Notes: a model not told the origin generated them from the sequence alone. Positions 42,228 through 52,797 are shown, numbered from the stretch's first letter. The stretch is DNA of 64,000 nt from an uncultured Chloroflexia bacterium (GCA_963751345.1 CAVVUS010000018.1:64001-128000), one strand, 5' to 3'. Numbers and translations are program-made.

Positions 42228-42306
42228 AGCTGCTATCTCCACACGCTGTGATTTCCTTCGTAAGTCTCCGGCGGGCGAATAATGAAGGTTTACGTGAAAT
42301 AATTGC

Positions 42307-42335
42307 ATTTTAACACTTCATATCCGTTTTGTCAA
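42307..42335 (-). promoter_or_regulatory. Sigma70-type promoter of the SufR-like regulator
   Basis: Minus strand TTGACA-N17-TAAAAT. The divergent tig gene has TGcTATAAT at 42438-42446. Confidence 0.65.
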
Positions 42336-42475
42336 ATGCTCATATGCTTATTCGCGCGGATTGCCTGGGGATGGCATTCATGGCTTGATAGCATAAACGT
42401 CGGGCGATGCGCAATCACTGGTGTTTCATTAAGGGTGTGCTATAATCAGCGTGATCTACGATCGGAGGTATGTAA

Positions 42476-43831
42476 GTGTTCGAAGTTAAAAAGGAACTTC
42501 TCGATTCTCATGAGGCGCTCCTCGACGTGGTCTTTGAGGAGGAGACGGTGGACGGAGCAAAGCAACGCGCCGCTCGCAAGATCTCCCGCGAGATCAACAT
42601 CCCCGGGTTTCGCAAGGGGCGAGCTCCTTATTCCAAGGTTCAGCAATTTGTAGGCGAGTCCAGCATCATGCAGGAAGCGGCTGAGATGCTGGTTGATGAG
42701 ACCTACCCACAGATTCTCGAACAAGCGGAGGTCGATCCCTACGGCCCCGGCGAATTTGTTGACATGCAGGCCTCGCCCTTGACCCTCAAGATCAGGGTGC
42801 CCCTGCAGCCCGATGTAGACCTCGATGACTACCTGAGCATTCGTGAGACGTGGGAAAAGCCGACGGTCTCCGATGAAGAGGTACAACAGGTTCTCGCTCA
42901 GCTTCGCGAGGAGCATGCGGTTCTCGAGCCCGTCGATCGAGCCGCTGAGCTCGGGGATCAGGTGTTGGCTAACGTCAAAGCCCTTACCGGAGATGATGTA
43001 ATCGTCGATGAAGACGATATTGAGGTCGTACTCCTGGAAGAGCGCCCCTTCCTTTCTCCGGCGTTTGTTGATGCCCTGGTAGGTATGAAGGCTGACGAGA
43101 CGAAGGAATTCCAGCTCGTCATGCCCGATACGATCGACGAACCCTCGCTGCGCGGGGCCGAAGCCGATTTCACGGTCAAGGTCACTCAGGTCTTGGAGCG
43201 CACGCTGCCTGAGCTGGACGATGCGTTGGCGAGCACCACGGGGTCCTTTGAGACGATTGCGGAGCTGGAGCAGGATATCCGGAACCGACTTGCGTCCAGC
43301 AAGGGCGAGCAGGCCGAATCAGCCTACCGGTCAAACCTGGTTACACAGCTCGTCGACCGGGCGACGGTCGCCTATCCTCCCACGTTGGTTGAGGATACGT
43401 TGGATGATATCGTGGAAGAGGCTTCCCAGCGCGTCAAGAGCCAGCGCGACATGCCGTTTGAGGACGCCTTGCGCCTGGACGGCATGACCCTGGAGCAGTT
43501 CCGAGAGCAGATGCGACCGCAGGCCGAGAGCCGTGTCAAGCGGTCCCTCGTGCTCAGCAAGTTTGCAGAGGTCGAGGGGGTCGAGGTCAGCGATGATGAC
43601 GTTGTCCGGGAGTATAGCGACCTGATCCATCGTATGAACTTGTCGGAGCACATGCCTGATCATCAGATCGATATTGATTCCGAGCTCGGTCGCAATCTCC
43701 GTTCCACCGTCCTTGGCCGCAGGGTCGTAGATCGTCTGGCTGAGATCGGACGTGGAGAGCCACAAGAGCCCGAACTCGTGGTCGAGGAAGTCGCCGAAGA
43801 AGCCGACTCCGAGCCGGTGGATGAGGCTTAG
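42476..43831 (+). CDS. tig: Trigger factor
   Basis: Ribosome-binding motif IPGFRKGRAP, FKBP-like middle domain and LPELDDALA. Directly upstream of clpP. Confidence 0.93.
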   Translation: MFEVKKELLDSHEALLDVVFEEETVDGAKQRAARKISREINIPGFRKGRAPYSKVQQFVGESSIMQEAAEMLVDETYPQILEQAEVDPYGPGEFVDMQASPLTLKIRVPLQPDVDLDDYLSIRETWEKPTVSDEEVQQVLAQLREEHAVLEPVDRAAELGDQVLANVKALTGDDVIVDEDDIEVVLLEERPFLSPAFVDALVGMKADETKEFQLVMPDTIDEPSLRGAEADFTVKVTQVLERTLPELDDALASTTGSFETIAELEQDIRNRLASSKGEQAESAYRSNLVTQLVDRATVAYPPTLVEDTLDDIVEEASQRVKSQRDMPFEDALRLDGMTLEQFREQMRPQAESRVKRSLVLSKFAEVEGVEVSDDDVVREYSDLIHRMNLSEHMPDHQIDIDSELGRNLRSTVLGRRVVDRLAEIGRGEPQEPELVVEEVAEEADSEPVDEA

Positions 43832-43966
43832 GTAGGCAAGGTACGAATTGTCAATGATCGAGTCCCGGGTGCCTGACGACCGGGATTGTTCATTGGTATG
43901 TGAATGATCGAGTCCTGGTCCCCGCCGATCGGCGGGGATCGGGCTGTAAAGATTGAGGAGGCATTT

Positions 43967-44554
43967 ATGGCAATCCCTTACGTCATTGAAACGACAGGGC
44001 GTGGGGATCGGATGTATGACATTTACTCCCTGCTGCTTAGGGAACGGATTGTTTTTTTGGGCACTCCTATCAACAGCCAGGTAGCAAATGTGATTGTGGC
44101 CCAGTTGCTCTTCCTCGACCGTGAAGACTCCGAGCGCGACATCTCTCTCTACATCAACTCTCCGGGTGGCGAAATCGCGGCTGGCCTGGCGGTCTACGAC
44201 ACGATGCAACTGATCCAGGCTCCTGTCTCGACCATCGCGGTCGGGATGACAGCCAGTATGGGCACGGTGCTTCTGACAGCAGGGACCAAAGGGCGGCGCT
44301 ATGCTCTTCCCCATGCGACGATTCACGTGCACCAACCCTGGGGCGGGGGCATTCAGGGTCAGGCGTCCGATATCGAGATCGCGGCCAGGGAAATTCTTAG
44401 AAAGCGCGCTTTGCTTAACGAGATCCTCAGGCACCACACAGGTATGGACGAGGAGCAGATAGATACCTTGACCGACCGCGATTTCTACATGACGGCGGAG
44501 CAAGCCATCGAATACGGCATTGTAGACAAGATCCTTGAGCCAATGGAGCGATAG
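43967..44554 (+). CDS. clpP: ATP-dependent Clp protease proteolytic subunit
   Basis: YDIYSLLLRERIVFL, YINSPGG, ASMG (Ser), HQP (His) and DRDFYM (Asp). SD GAGGAGG. Confidence 0.97.
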   Translation: MAIPYVIETTGRGDRMYDIYSLLLRERIVFLGTPINSQVANVIVAQLLFLDREDSERDISLYINSPGGEIAAGLAVYDTMQLIQAPVSTIAVGMTASMGTVLLTAGTKGRRYALPHATIHVHQPWGGGIQGQASDIEIAAREILRKRALLNEILRHHTGMDEEQIDTLTDRDFYMTAEQAIEYGIVDKILEPMER

Positions 44555-44561
44555 CATCCAC

Positions 44562-44590
44562 TTCGGGGGGGGAGTATATCCCCCCCCGAA
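44562..44590 (+). terminator. Hairpin after clpP
   Basis: TTCGGGGGGGGA-gtata-TCCCCCCCCGAA. Confidence 0.6.
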
Positions 44591-44713
44591 TGCTGTAGAA
44601 GACCTGCCTCTATGATCAGGGCAGGTTATCCTCAATGAAGGACTCGTTTTCTACCGAACTGATGATGCCCATCATCATCATAAACCATCTTTGTGAGTGA
44701 GGAGGTTACGAAC

Positions 44714-46840
44714 GTGGATCTAGAAGTGCTGAATGGCCTTTTGCGCCCGAAGTCCATCGCTGTCATTGGGGCTTCAGATACCCCAGGCAAGATCGGCTAC
44801 ACTGTGGTTCGTAGTTTGCTCGAGAGCAAGTACGAGGGCCCAATCTACCCGATCAATCCGAAGGGCGGCGATATCCAGGGGCTCAAGGCCTACGCGTCCG
44901 TGCTGGATGTGCCCGGCGACATCGATGCCGCGGCGGTTGTGATTCCGGCGAAATATGTACCCGAGGTCACGGAGGAGTGCGGGAAGAAGGGCGTCAAGGG
45001 CCTGATCGTGATTGCGTCTGGGTTCAGCGAGGTGGGCCGCCAGGACTTGGAGGAACAGGTCGTGGCAATTGCCCATCAGTACGGCATGCGCGTGCTAGGT
45101 CCGAACATTGTGGGGATCCTCTCGAACTCCGATAAGTGCAACGCTTCCTTCGCTCCGTTCCTGCCTCTGGCAGGAAGCGCAGCACTCGTGTCACAGAGCG
45201 GTGCGTTGCTGATCGCGATGGATGCCTCGACCTACATTCGCCGGGTTGGGTTCGACAGGATGGTCTCCATTGGCAATATGTCGGATGTCAATTTCGCCGA
45301 CCTCGTCGAATGGCTGGACCAGGACGCGGCCACCGGATGTATTTCGCTTTATGTCGAAGGACTCAAGGACGGGCGACGCTTTATGGATAACGCTCGCAAG
45401 GCCAGCAAGCCTATTGTGGCATTGAAGTCGGGTGTCTCCGCACACGGAGCCGCTGCGGCTGCGTCTCACACCGGGTCATTGGCAGGCTCCGAGAAGATCT
45501 ACGACGCCGCCTTCGGCCAGGCCGGTGTGGTGATGGCCTCCGAGCTGAACAACCTCTTCGATCGCACGCTGGCGCTCTCCTTGCAGCCGGCGATGCCGGG
45601 TGACAACCTGCTCATCCTCACCAACGGCGGCGGCGTGGGTGTGTTGGCCACGGACTCGGCTGACCGATATGGCCTGCCGTTGAAGTTCGCCCCTGAGGCC
45701 CTGCAGGTCGAGCTCAAGAAGTATATGCCTTCGTTCGGTTCGGCCAAGAACCCCGTGGACCTTACGGGTATGGCTGATCGCAGTTGGTATGAGAAATCGA
45801 CGCAGTACGCCTTCGCGCATTCGTGGGTCGATGGCCTGGTCGTTCTCTACTGTGAGACGGCCATGACCGATCCACAGGACATCGCTGAGGGGATCAAGGG
45901 TGCGATCGATGCCTCGGGCATCACCGATAAGCCGGTTGCCGTATCCTTCGTCGGAGGCGAACGTTCGGAAGCCGCCATGCGATGGCTCGTGGAGAACGGG
46001 ATTCCCGCCTACAACGAGCCCGACACGGCTGTCAATGCCGTGGCAGCGCTGCGGGAGCATGCCCGAAGCCAGAAGCTGGCGGCGGAGACTTTCGAGCGGT
46101 TTGAAGGTGTTGACGAGGCAAAGGCGCGGGCGATCATCGCGCAAGTCCGTGCTGAGGGCGACCGGAATGTCACTGAGATGGAATCGAAGATGGTCTTCAC
46201 CGCCTATGGCCTGCCCGTCGCGACATCGAAGCAGGCGACAAGCGCGGATGAGGCCGTCAACCTCGCTAACGAGATTGGCTATCCCGTTGTGATGAAAATC
46301 CTCTCGCCCGATATCCTTCACAAATCGGACGCCGGCGGTGTCAAGGTGAACATCGAGTCTGATGCGGAAGCCCGAGAGGCCTTCAGTACCATCATGGAGA
46401 ACGCCAAGGCTTACAACGCCGACGCCGACATCCATGGTGTGGTCGTCCAGGAGATGGCCCCATGGGGCACCGAGGTGATCCTGGGCTCCGTCAACGATGC
46501 GACATTTGGACCGACCGTGATGTTCGGTTTGGGCGGCATCTTCGTGGAGATCTTGAAGGACGTGACCTTCCGCGTGGCTCCTGTGGCGACAGACCAGGCT
46601 TTCACGATGTTCTCGGAGATCAATGGTGCGCCGATCTTGGACGGAGCTCGTGGCGAGGCGCCACGGGATCGCCGTGCGTTGGCCGAGGTCCTGAGTCGGT
46701 ATTCGCAGATGGTCTGTGATCTGGCCGATGAGATCCAGGAGACCGATGCGAACCCTGTGATCGTCTACGAGGAGGGTCAAGGTGTGTGCATCGTGGACGC
46801 ACGCATCATCCTCAAGGATAAGAAGGGATCGGCCGACTAG
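44714..46840 (+). CDS. ADP-forming acetate/acyl-CoA ligase (fused alpha-beta)
   Basis: PKSIAVIGAS, GFSE, LGPN, SQSGA, phospho-His SHTGSLAG, TNGGG and ATP-grasp HKSDAGGV / VMFGLGG. Confidence 0.93.
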   Translation: MDLEVLNGLLRPKSIAVIGASDTPGKIGYTVVRSLLESKYEGPIYPINPKGGDIQGLKAYASVLDVPGDIDAAAVVIPAKYVPEVTEECGKKGVKGLIVIASGFSEVGRQDLEEQVVAIAHQYGMRVLGPNIVGILSNSDKCNASFAPFLPLAGSAALVSQSGALLIAMDASTYIRRVGFDRMVSIGNMSDVNFADLVEWLDQDAATGCISLYVEGLKDGRRFMDNARKASKPIVALKSGVSAHGAAAAASHTGSLAGSEKIYDAAFGQAGVVMASELNNLFDRTLALSLQPAMPGDNLLILTNGGGVGVLATDSADRYGLPLKFAPEALQVELKKYMPSFGSAKNPVDLTGMADRSWYEKSTQYAFAHSWVDGLVVLYCETAMTDPQDIAEGIKGAIDASGITDKPVAVSFVGGERSEAAMRWLVENGIPAYNEPDTAVNAVAALREHARSQKLAAETFERFEGVDEAKARAIIAQVRAEGDRNVTEMESKMVFTAYGLPVATSKQATSADEAVNLANEIGYPVVMKILSPDILHKSDAGGVKVNIESDAEAREAFSTIMENAKAYNADADIHGVVVQEMAPWGTEVILGSVNDATFGPTVMFGLGGIFVEILKDVTFRVAPVATDQAFTMFSEINGAPILDGARGEAPRDRRALAEVLSRYSQMVCDLADEIQETDANPVIVYEEGQGVCIVDARIILKDKKGSAD

Positions 46841-46973
46841 ACCCTGGGTTTAGCGTTCTGGATCTGTGACCGCCCGCGTGTTGTTCGCGAGCGGTCATTT
46901 CATTTCTGGCGAGATATTGGTTGCGGCGGCCATGTTCATCGGTATACTAAGGGAGTAAGGTCCGCCGAGGGAG

Positions 46974-48602
46974 GTGTCTGTGGACTCACGCGATAGTTCT
47001 ATTCCCCTACGCATCCGTGATCTGACGTTTCGATATCGCATTCGAGAGTCTGCGGCTATTCGAGACCTCTCATTGGATCTCCATCCAGGGGAGCTAATGC
47101 TCGTCGCGGGCACCAGTGGGTGCGGCAAGACGACGCTGCTTCGATGTATCAACGGCCTCATCCCGCGGAGCTACCGTGGCGAGATCACCGGTGACATCCA
47201 GATCCTGGGACAGGACAGCCACACGTTGAGCATGGCAACGCTATCTCAGAAGGTAGGCACGCTGCTGCAAGATCCTGAACGTCAGATCGTGGGCAGCTAC
47301 GTTCTCAATGAGGTCGCATTCGGCCTGGAGAACCTCGGGATGCCCCGCGAGCAGATCGTGCAGCGTGTGGACGAGACGCTCGACTACCTTGGGATCCTGA
47401 AGTTGCGCGATCGCGAGACCTTCAGTCTCTCGGGGGGAGAGAAGCAAAAGGTAGCACTGGCTGGGGTGCTGGTGATGCAGCCGCAGATCTTGCTTCTTGA
47501 CGAACCCCTGGCAAGCCTGGACAGTGCCTCGGCCCAGGAGGCACTGGATCTATTCCGGCGTCTGGCCGATGAAGGTGTCTCGATCCTCCTGGTGGAACAC
47601 CGCGTCGAGGACGTGCTGCGTATCGTTCCGGATACGGTGTTGTACCTTCGGGACGGTGAGCAGGCCTACTTCGGCGACTCCAGCGGCATGATGGAAACGA
47701 TGGACTATCACGAGGTAAAACTGCCGGCCCGTGTGGTCTATGAGCGGGCAAAGGCGTTGCCTGCCCCGCGGTTTGAGGTGGGGGTGAAGGCTGATGGAAG
47801 GCAGCCATTGATTGCCTTCGAGCACGTTGGCTTTCGATACGATCCGTCGCTCCCCGAAGTGTTGCACGACGTCGACTTCACCGTCCGCAAGGGCGACATT
47901 GTGGCAATTCTTGGCGCCAACGGGGCAGGGAAGACGACGCTGGTCAAACACGCGCTGGGCTTGCTCAAGCCCACGGATGGGCGTGTCCTGCTGGAGGGAC
48001 GGGAGACCCGCACGATGTCTGTGGCTCAGGCGGCACACACAGTGGGCTACGTTTTCCAGAGCCCCGCGCAGATGCTTTTTGCCCCGACGGTACGCGAGGA
48101 GCTTGCCTTTGGCCCCAGCAATCTGGGATATGACAAAGCCCGGATACAGCGAGATATCCAATGGGCACTTGATGTCGTCAACATGCACGACTATGCCGAT
48201 TCCCCGCCTCTTGCGCTCTCCTTTGGGCAGCAGAAGCGTATCAGCATCGCAGCGGTGCTCGCGATGCGCTCGCGCATCCTGATGATGGATGAGCCGACGG
48301 CAGGTCAGGACTACTGGAACTATACAGCGTTTATGGATGCGATCCTGCAGATGCCGGGCTTCGACGCCGTGATCTTTATCACCCACGACTTGGATCTGGC
48401 CATCAGTTATGCCAATAGGATCGTGTTGGTGAGCGACGGACAGATCGCCGCGGACGGTCCCCCGGATGAAGTGCTGACAGACGAGCATCTGCTGACGCGC
48501 TGTCGTATCGTCCCGACGTCTCTGCTCCGACTCAATGTAGAGTTATTGCCTGAGACCGGCTCCTTTATGCGGGCGGAGATGCTAGCCCACGTCGGCGAAT
48601 GA
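46974..48602 (+). CDS. ECF transporter duplicated ATPase (A-A')
   Basis: Two ABC cassettes: GTSGCGKT / LSGGEKQK / DEP and GANGAGKT / LSFGQQKR / DEPTAGQD. Confidence 0.92.
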   Translation: MSVDSRDSSIPLRIRDLTFRYRIRESAAIRDLSLDLHPGELMLVAGTSGCGKTTLLRCINGLIPRSYRGEITGDIQILGQDSHTLSMATLSQKVGTLLQDPERQIVGSYVLNEVAFGLENLGMPREQIVQRVDETLDYLGILKLRDRETFSLSGGEKQKVALAGVLVMQPQILLLDEPLASLDSASAQEALDLFRRLADEGVSILLVEHRVEDVLRIVPDTVLYLRDGEQAYFGDSSGMMETMDYHEVKLPARVVYERAKALPAPRFEVGVKADGRQPLIAFEHVGFRYDPSLPEVLHDVDFTVRKGDIVAILGANGAGKTTLVKHALGLLKPTDGRVLLEGRETRTMSVAQAAHTVGYVFQSPAQMLFAPTVREELAFGPSNLGYDKARIQRDIQWALDVVNMHDYADSPPLALSFGQQKRISIAAVLAMRSRILMMDEPTAGQDYWNYTAFMDAILQMPGFDAVIFITHDLDLAISYANRIVLVSDGQIAADGPPDEVLTDEHLLTRCRIVPTSLLRLNVELLPETGSFMRAEMLAHVGE

Positions 48603-48722
48603 CCGGATCCGGTTTGCTGAAGGCAGGAAAGGAGGGTGCCCTGGATCAAGTGCTCAATATGCCGCTCTGGTGCTCTTGTGGAAGTGCGTTCATTTGGGTA
48701 TGCTATCAATGAGGAGGTTGTC

Positions 48723-49271
48723 GTGGAGAAGAAGTCACTCTGGGCATTCGGTACGCGTGAAGTCGTCTATGCCGCAATTGGTGCGGCGCTCTACGGTGTC
48801 TTTTCCTTTGTTACGAACTTCATCGGTTTGCCTGCGGCGGGTAACATCACGCTCCGTCCGGCCGTTGCGATCCCGATGTTCTTCGGTGTAGCATTCGGCC
48901 CGATCGTTGGCTTCATCAGCGGATTCCTGGGTAATGTGCTTGGTGACCTATTGTCCGGATTCGGCTTTTGGTGGTACTGGGACCTGGGTAACGGCCTGAT
49001 GGGCTTTATTCCTGGTCTGATCGCTGTTGGGATCGCGTCCTACAAGGCAAGGGGCACGATCATCAAGACCGAGATCCTGGTCGTCCTTGCAGCCGCCGTG
49101 GGCATGATTGTACCCTCGCTGCTGGAGGTCCCACTGGGTGGCATCGACATCAACACGGCGATTGTTGGATATTGGTTCCCCTCGGCGCTCAGCAACGCCA
49201 TCAATGGTTTGATCCTGGTGCCAATCTTGATGGTCGCGTATGACGCGGTCGTCGCAAGATCCGGACGCTAG
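48723..49271 (+). CDS. ECF transporter S component (UPF0397/MtsT-like)
   Basis: TREVVYAAIGAALY (AxxxA), FGPIVGFISGFLGN..GD and WWYW. SD GAGGAGG. Confidence 0.88.
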   Translation: MEKKSLWAFGTREVVYAAIGAALYGVFSFVTNFIGLPAAGNITLRPAVAIPMFFGVAFGPIVGFISGFLGNVLGDLLSGFGFWWYWDLGNGLMGFIPGLIAVGIASYKARGTIIKTEILVVLAAAVGMIVPSLLEVPLGGIDINTAIVGYWFPSALSNAINGLILVPILMVAYDAVVARSGR

Positions 49272-49333
49272 TGAACTCGATCGGCCGGCCCCGGAGTATA
49301 CCTTGATGGGGCCGGTCGGTTTGGAGAGGAAAT

Positions 49334-50210
49334 ATGCTTGTCACCTGGAAGTACCGTCCTCGGGGCAGTGTTGTGGAAGAGTTCGATCCACGCGCTCGGT
49401 GGATCTTTTCCTTTCTCATTCTTATTGCTCTGACCCAGTTCTGGGATCTCCGTTTCCTGCTCTTTTTTCTGTTTGTCGTCATGGCGCAGTATGCGCTGGC
49501 CCGCGTGACGTGGGCCGAGACTAAGCGGGCCTGGCTCTTTATCCTGATCTTCGTAGTCGGCATTGTGGCGCTGAACACCACTCTTCACCGGGCGTGGGGG
49601 CACGACGGCGGTCTTGCAGGCCGGGCACGTCCTGTGGCGGGCGGAGTGGCGAGTGCTAGGCCTTAGTATTCATCCCACGATCACCGTGGAGCGCGTCTGG
49701 TTCGCGGCGTCCCAGGTTGTGCGGATGTTGTCTATCTCGGGTCTCTTTCTGATTGTTCCGTACACGATGAACCCTCGTCTGTATGGCGCGACGTTTCAGG
49801 CTACGGGGCTCCCCGACCGATTTGCTTTCTCGATGGATCTCGCGTTCCGATTTGTGCCGACGCTGGCGCGGGATTTCAGCACGACACTGGATGCCCAGAA
49901 AGCCCGCGGTTATGAGGTCGAGAAGCTGGCTGGGGGAGTGATCGCTCAGATCCGCAAGATGGCCCCGCTGGTGGTGCCTGTGACGATGAACGCGATCCTG
50001 AGCGGCGAGGATATCACGAATGCTATGGATCTGCGGTGTTTCGGGACGGGTGAGCGGACCTGGGTCCACAAATTGACCTATAGGCGGCGGGACCACGTGC
50101 TGATCGGCGCCAGTATCCTGATCGGCGTGGCCTCCCTGGTGATTCGCTATGGCCTGGGTATCGGGCGCTTCTGGGTGCCCCCGTGGGCCCTGGCCTGGGC
50201 CGGCAGTTGA
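49334..50210 (+). CDS. ECF transporter T component (apparent frameshift near 49580)
   Basis: FDPRAR, LAFRFVPTL and the coupling motifs AQKARG and AMDLRCF. Confidence 0.88.
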
Positions 50211-50227
50211 GCGGGGTTCGATCTCGC

Positions 50228-51007
50228 ATGGCATGGCAGGATGTTGCCCAGAACCTGAGGATTGTCCGGGAGCGCATGGACGAGGCTGCTTTGCGGGCCG
50301 GCAGAGATCCCGGCGAGATCTCGTTGGTCGCAGTGAGCAAGACTTTTCCGGTCACGGCAGTGGTGGAGGCGATCCGGGCGGGTCAGCGCGCCTTTGGCGA
50401 GAATCGCCCCGAGGAAGGGGCCCGCAAGATTCCCGAGGTGTTGCGTGCTTTGACGCCCGATCTGGTCGGCTCCGGCCGGGAAGCGGCAGCAAACGCTGCT
50501 CTTGTCTGGCATATGATCGGTCACGTGCAGAGTCGAAAGGCCGACCTCGTGGTGGCCCACTTCGATATCGTGCATTCCGTCGACCGGCTGAAGCTCGCGC
50601 AGAGACTAAGCCGGCTCGCGGTGGATGCGGGCCGCGAGATGCCGGTTCTGCTCGAATGCAATGTGACCGGGGAGGCCAGCAAGTATGGCTATGTGGCGGC
50701 AGGGTGGGAGCACGATGCTGACTGCCGGGCGGCCTTACGTTCGGAGGCTGCGGCAGTAGCTGCCCTTCCGGGACTGCGAGTCGAGGGCTTGATGACGGTA
50801 GCCCCTGTCACCGACGATCCCCAGGTGCTGCACAGAGTCTTCGCGTCCTTGCGTAGCTTGCGCGACTATTTGCGGGAGCAGGTACCCCAGGCCAACTGGC
50901 GTGAGCTCTCTATGGGGATGACGGACGACTTCGAGGTAGCTATCGCGGAGGGCGCGACGATAGTCAGGATCGGGCGCGCCATTTTCGGCACACGCAATCA
51001 AGCTTAG
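50228..51007 (+). CDS. yggS: PLP homeostasis protein YggS
   Basis: [37 protein letters not shown] and VRIGRAIFG. Confidence 0.95.
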   Translation: MAWQDVAQNLRIVRERMDEAALRAGRDPGEISLVAVSKTFPVTAVVEAIRAGQRAFGENRPEEGARKIPEVLRALTPDLVGSGREAAANAALVWHMIGHVQSRKADLVVAHFDIVHSVDRLKLAQRLSRLAVDAGREMPVLLECNVTGEASKYGYVAAGWEHDADCRAALRSEAAAVAALPGLRVEGLMTVAPVTDDPQVLHRVFASLRSLRDYLREQVPQANWRELSMGMTDDFEVAIAEGATIVRIGRAIFGTRNQA

Positions 51008-51021
51008 GAGTTGGTGGTGAG

Positions 51022-51633
51022 ATGACGATGACAATCGGGTTGGTCATGAGGGTGCTGGATATCCTATTCGGTACCCTGGGGCTGCTGCTCATCGTGCGTG
51101 CCCTGCTTCAGGTTTTCGGGATGCGCTGGAGTCATCCTCTGCTCCAGATCGTCATCAAAGTCACCGATCCCATCATCAACCTTACAAATCGACTGCTGGG
51201 CATTCCCACGTATCGATCAACTTACCGTGCTTACAGCACGCTCCGCTCGGACATCCTCAATGCGGTAGCTGCCCTGGTCGTGCTATGGGCAGCTCGTACT
51301 CTGCTCACCTGGGCACTCCAGTTGGTTGTGCTGATCCCGGTCTGGGTGCTGCAGCCGTTGGGTAGCATCGGAGCGATGTTGCGTTTTGTCCTGGGGCTTC
51401 TTTTTGACCTCTATGGTCTGGCGTTGTTCGTGCGCGTCCTTTTTTCCTGGATCCAGGTTCCCTATTCCAGCAAGGTCACGCGTTTCCTGTGGACGATCAC
51501 CGAGCCCGTGTTGGTCCCGATCCGCCGCGCGCTGCCCGTGTTCTGCGGGCTGGATCTGTCTCCTATCGTCGCCTTTCTATTGCTGCGCCTGTTGCAGCAG
51601 GTCGTGTTCTCGCTGCTTTCGTGGGTCTTCTGA
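51022..51633 (+). CDS. yggT: YggT family membrane protein (two YGGT repeats)
   Basis: VTDPII and ITEPVLVPIRR..P...LDLSPIVA. Confidence 0.9.
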   Translation: MTMTIGLVMRVLDILFGTLGLLLIVRALLQVFGMRWSHPLLQIVIKVTDPIINLTNRLLGIPTYRSTYRAYSTLRSDILNAVAALVVLWAARTLLTWALQLVVLIPVWVLQPLGSIGAMLRFVLGLLFDLYGLALFVRVLFSWIQVPYSSKVTRFLWTITEPVLVPIRRALPVFCGLDLSPIVAFLLLRLLQQVVFSLLSWVF

Positions 51634-52797
51634 AAGCGAAGCCATAAACCGTCTGAGTCGCTTCAGCCCCTCGCGTATCGTCTCCGTATCTGTGGCATAG
51701 GACACCCTGATGTGTGCGTCGGCGCCAAAAGCAATGCCCGGGACGGCGGCGACGCTCTCCTGCTCCAGCAGCCGCCGGCAGAAGGACATAGAGTCCAGCC
51801 CCGTGCTCGCGATGTTGGGGAAGGCATAGAACGCCCCCTGGGGCATCTCGCATGCCACGCCCGGAATCGCCCTCAGACCCTCGACGATCAGGTCCCGTCG
51901 CTTCTGGAAGATCTGCCGCATCGTCTCGACCGAATCTTGCGGCCCCTTGAGGGCCGCGATGGCGCCGTACTGTGCAAAGGTGTTGGCACCTGAGGTGGTA
52001 TGGGATTGCATAGCCGTCGCTGCCTTGATAATGGGCAAGGGAGCGGCAGCATAGCCCAGACGCCATCCTGTGGCCGCGAAGGCCTTGCTGAAGCCATTGC
52101 ACGTGACGGTGAGATTGAAGATCTCCTCTCCAAGACTGCCGATACTGAGGTGTCTGACACCGTTATAGATGAGTTTCTCGTAGATCTCGTCGGCCACAAC
52201 GACGATCTGGCGTGCGACGATGACCTCGGCCAATGCCTCGATTTCCTGTGGCGTATAGACCGCGCCCGTGGGGTTCGATGGCGTGTTCAGGATCAGCAGC
52301 CGCGTCTTGGTCGTGATCGCATGGTCCAATTGTGCGGGCGTGATCTTGAACCCGTGCGCTTGATCTGTATTGATGAAGACCGGATTGGCCCCGACCAGTT
52401 TGACGGCCTCGGGGTAACTGACCCAGGCAGGCGCTGGAATCAATGCCTCGTCTCCGGGATTGAGCACCACAGAAAGCGTGTTATAGAGCGCTTGTTTCCC
52501 GCCGGCGGTCACCAGGACCTGATCGGCCGTGTAAGGGAGCGCGTTCTCCCTTTGCAGTTTCTCGGCAATGCCGGCTCGCAACTCAGGAAGCCCCGCGGTC
52601 GGCGCGTACTTCGTCTTTCCCGCATCCAGGGCATCCTTCGCTGCCTGTCGCATGTACGCCGGAGTGATGAAGTCCGGTTCCCCAACGCTGAAGTCGCATA
52701 CGTCGATCCCCTGCGCTTCCAGCGCTTTGGCCTTGCTGGAGATGGCGAAGGTCATCGAAGGCGAGATGCGGCTGACTCTGTCGGCAAGCTTGATCAC
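51577..52797 (-). CDS. aspC: Class I PLP aminotransferase (aspartate aminotransferase-like)
   Basis: GEPDF, TAGGKQ, NTPSNPTG, DEIY and NGFSKAFAATGWRLG. GTG start after SD AAGGAG. Confidence 0.9.
   Translation of the reverse strand: MIKLADRVSRISPSMTFAISSKAKALEAQGIDVCDFSVGEPDFITPAYMRQAAKDALDAGKTKYAPTAGLPELRAGIAEKLQRENALPYTADQVLVTAGGKQALYNTLSVVLNPGDEALIPAPAWVSYPEAVKLVGANPVFINTDQAHGFKITPAQLDHAITTKTRLLILNTPSNPTGAVYTPQEIEALAEVIVARQIVVVADEIYEKLIYNGVRHLSIGSLGEEIFNLTVTCNGFSKAFAATGWRLGYAAAPLPIIKAATAMQSHTTSGANTFAQYGAIAALKGPQDSVETMRQIFQKRRDLIVEGLRAIPGVACEMPQGAFYAFPNIASTGLDSMSFCRRLLEQESVAAVPGIAFGADAHIRVSYATDTETIREGLKRLRRFMASLSEDPRKQREHDLLQQAQQ

Noticed and set aside
42286-42301. parS site
   Set aside because: Only 12/16 matches to TGTTTCACGTGAAACA and not palindromic. 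It is equally explained as part of the regulator leader, so it is not listed as a feature.
41589-42308. Longer ORF-track starts for the regulator, and for clpP, yggS, the aminotransferase, uvrC, gntR and melA
   Set aside because: The extensions overlap promoters or neighbouring genes. The downstream starts match family N-termini and mostly have SD sequences.
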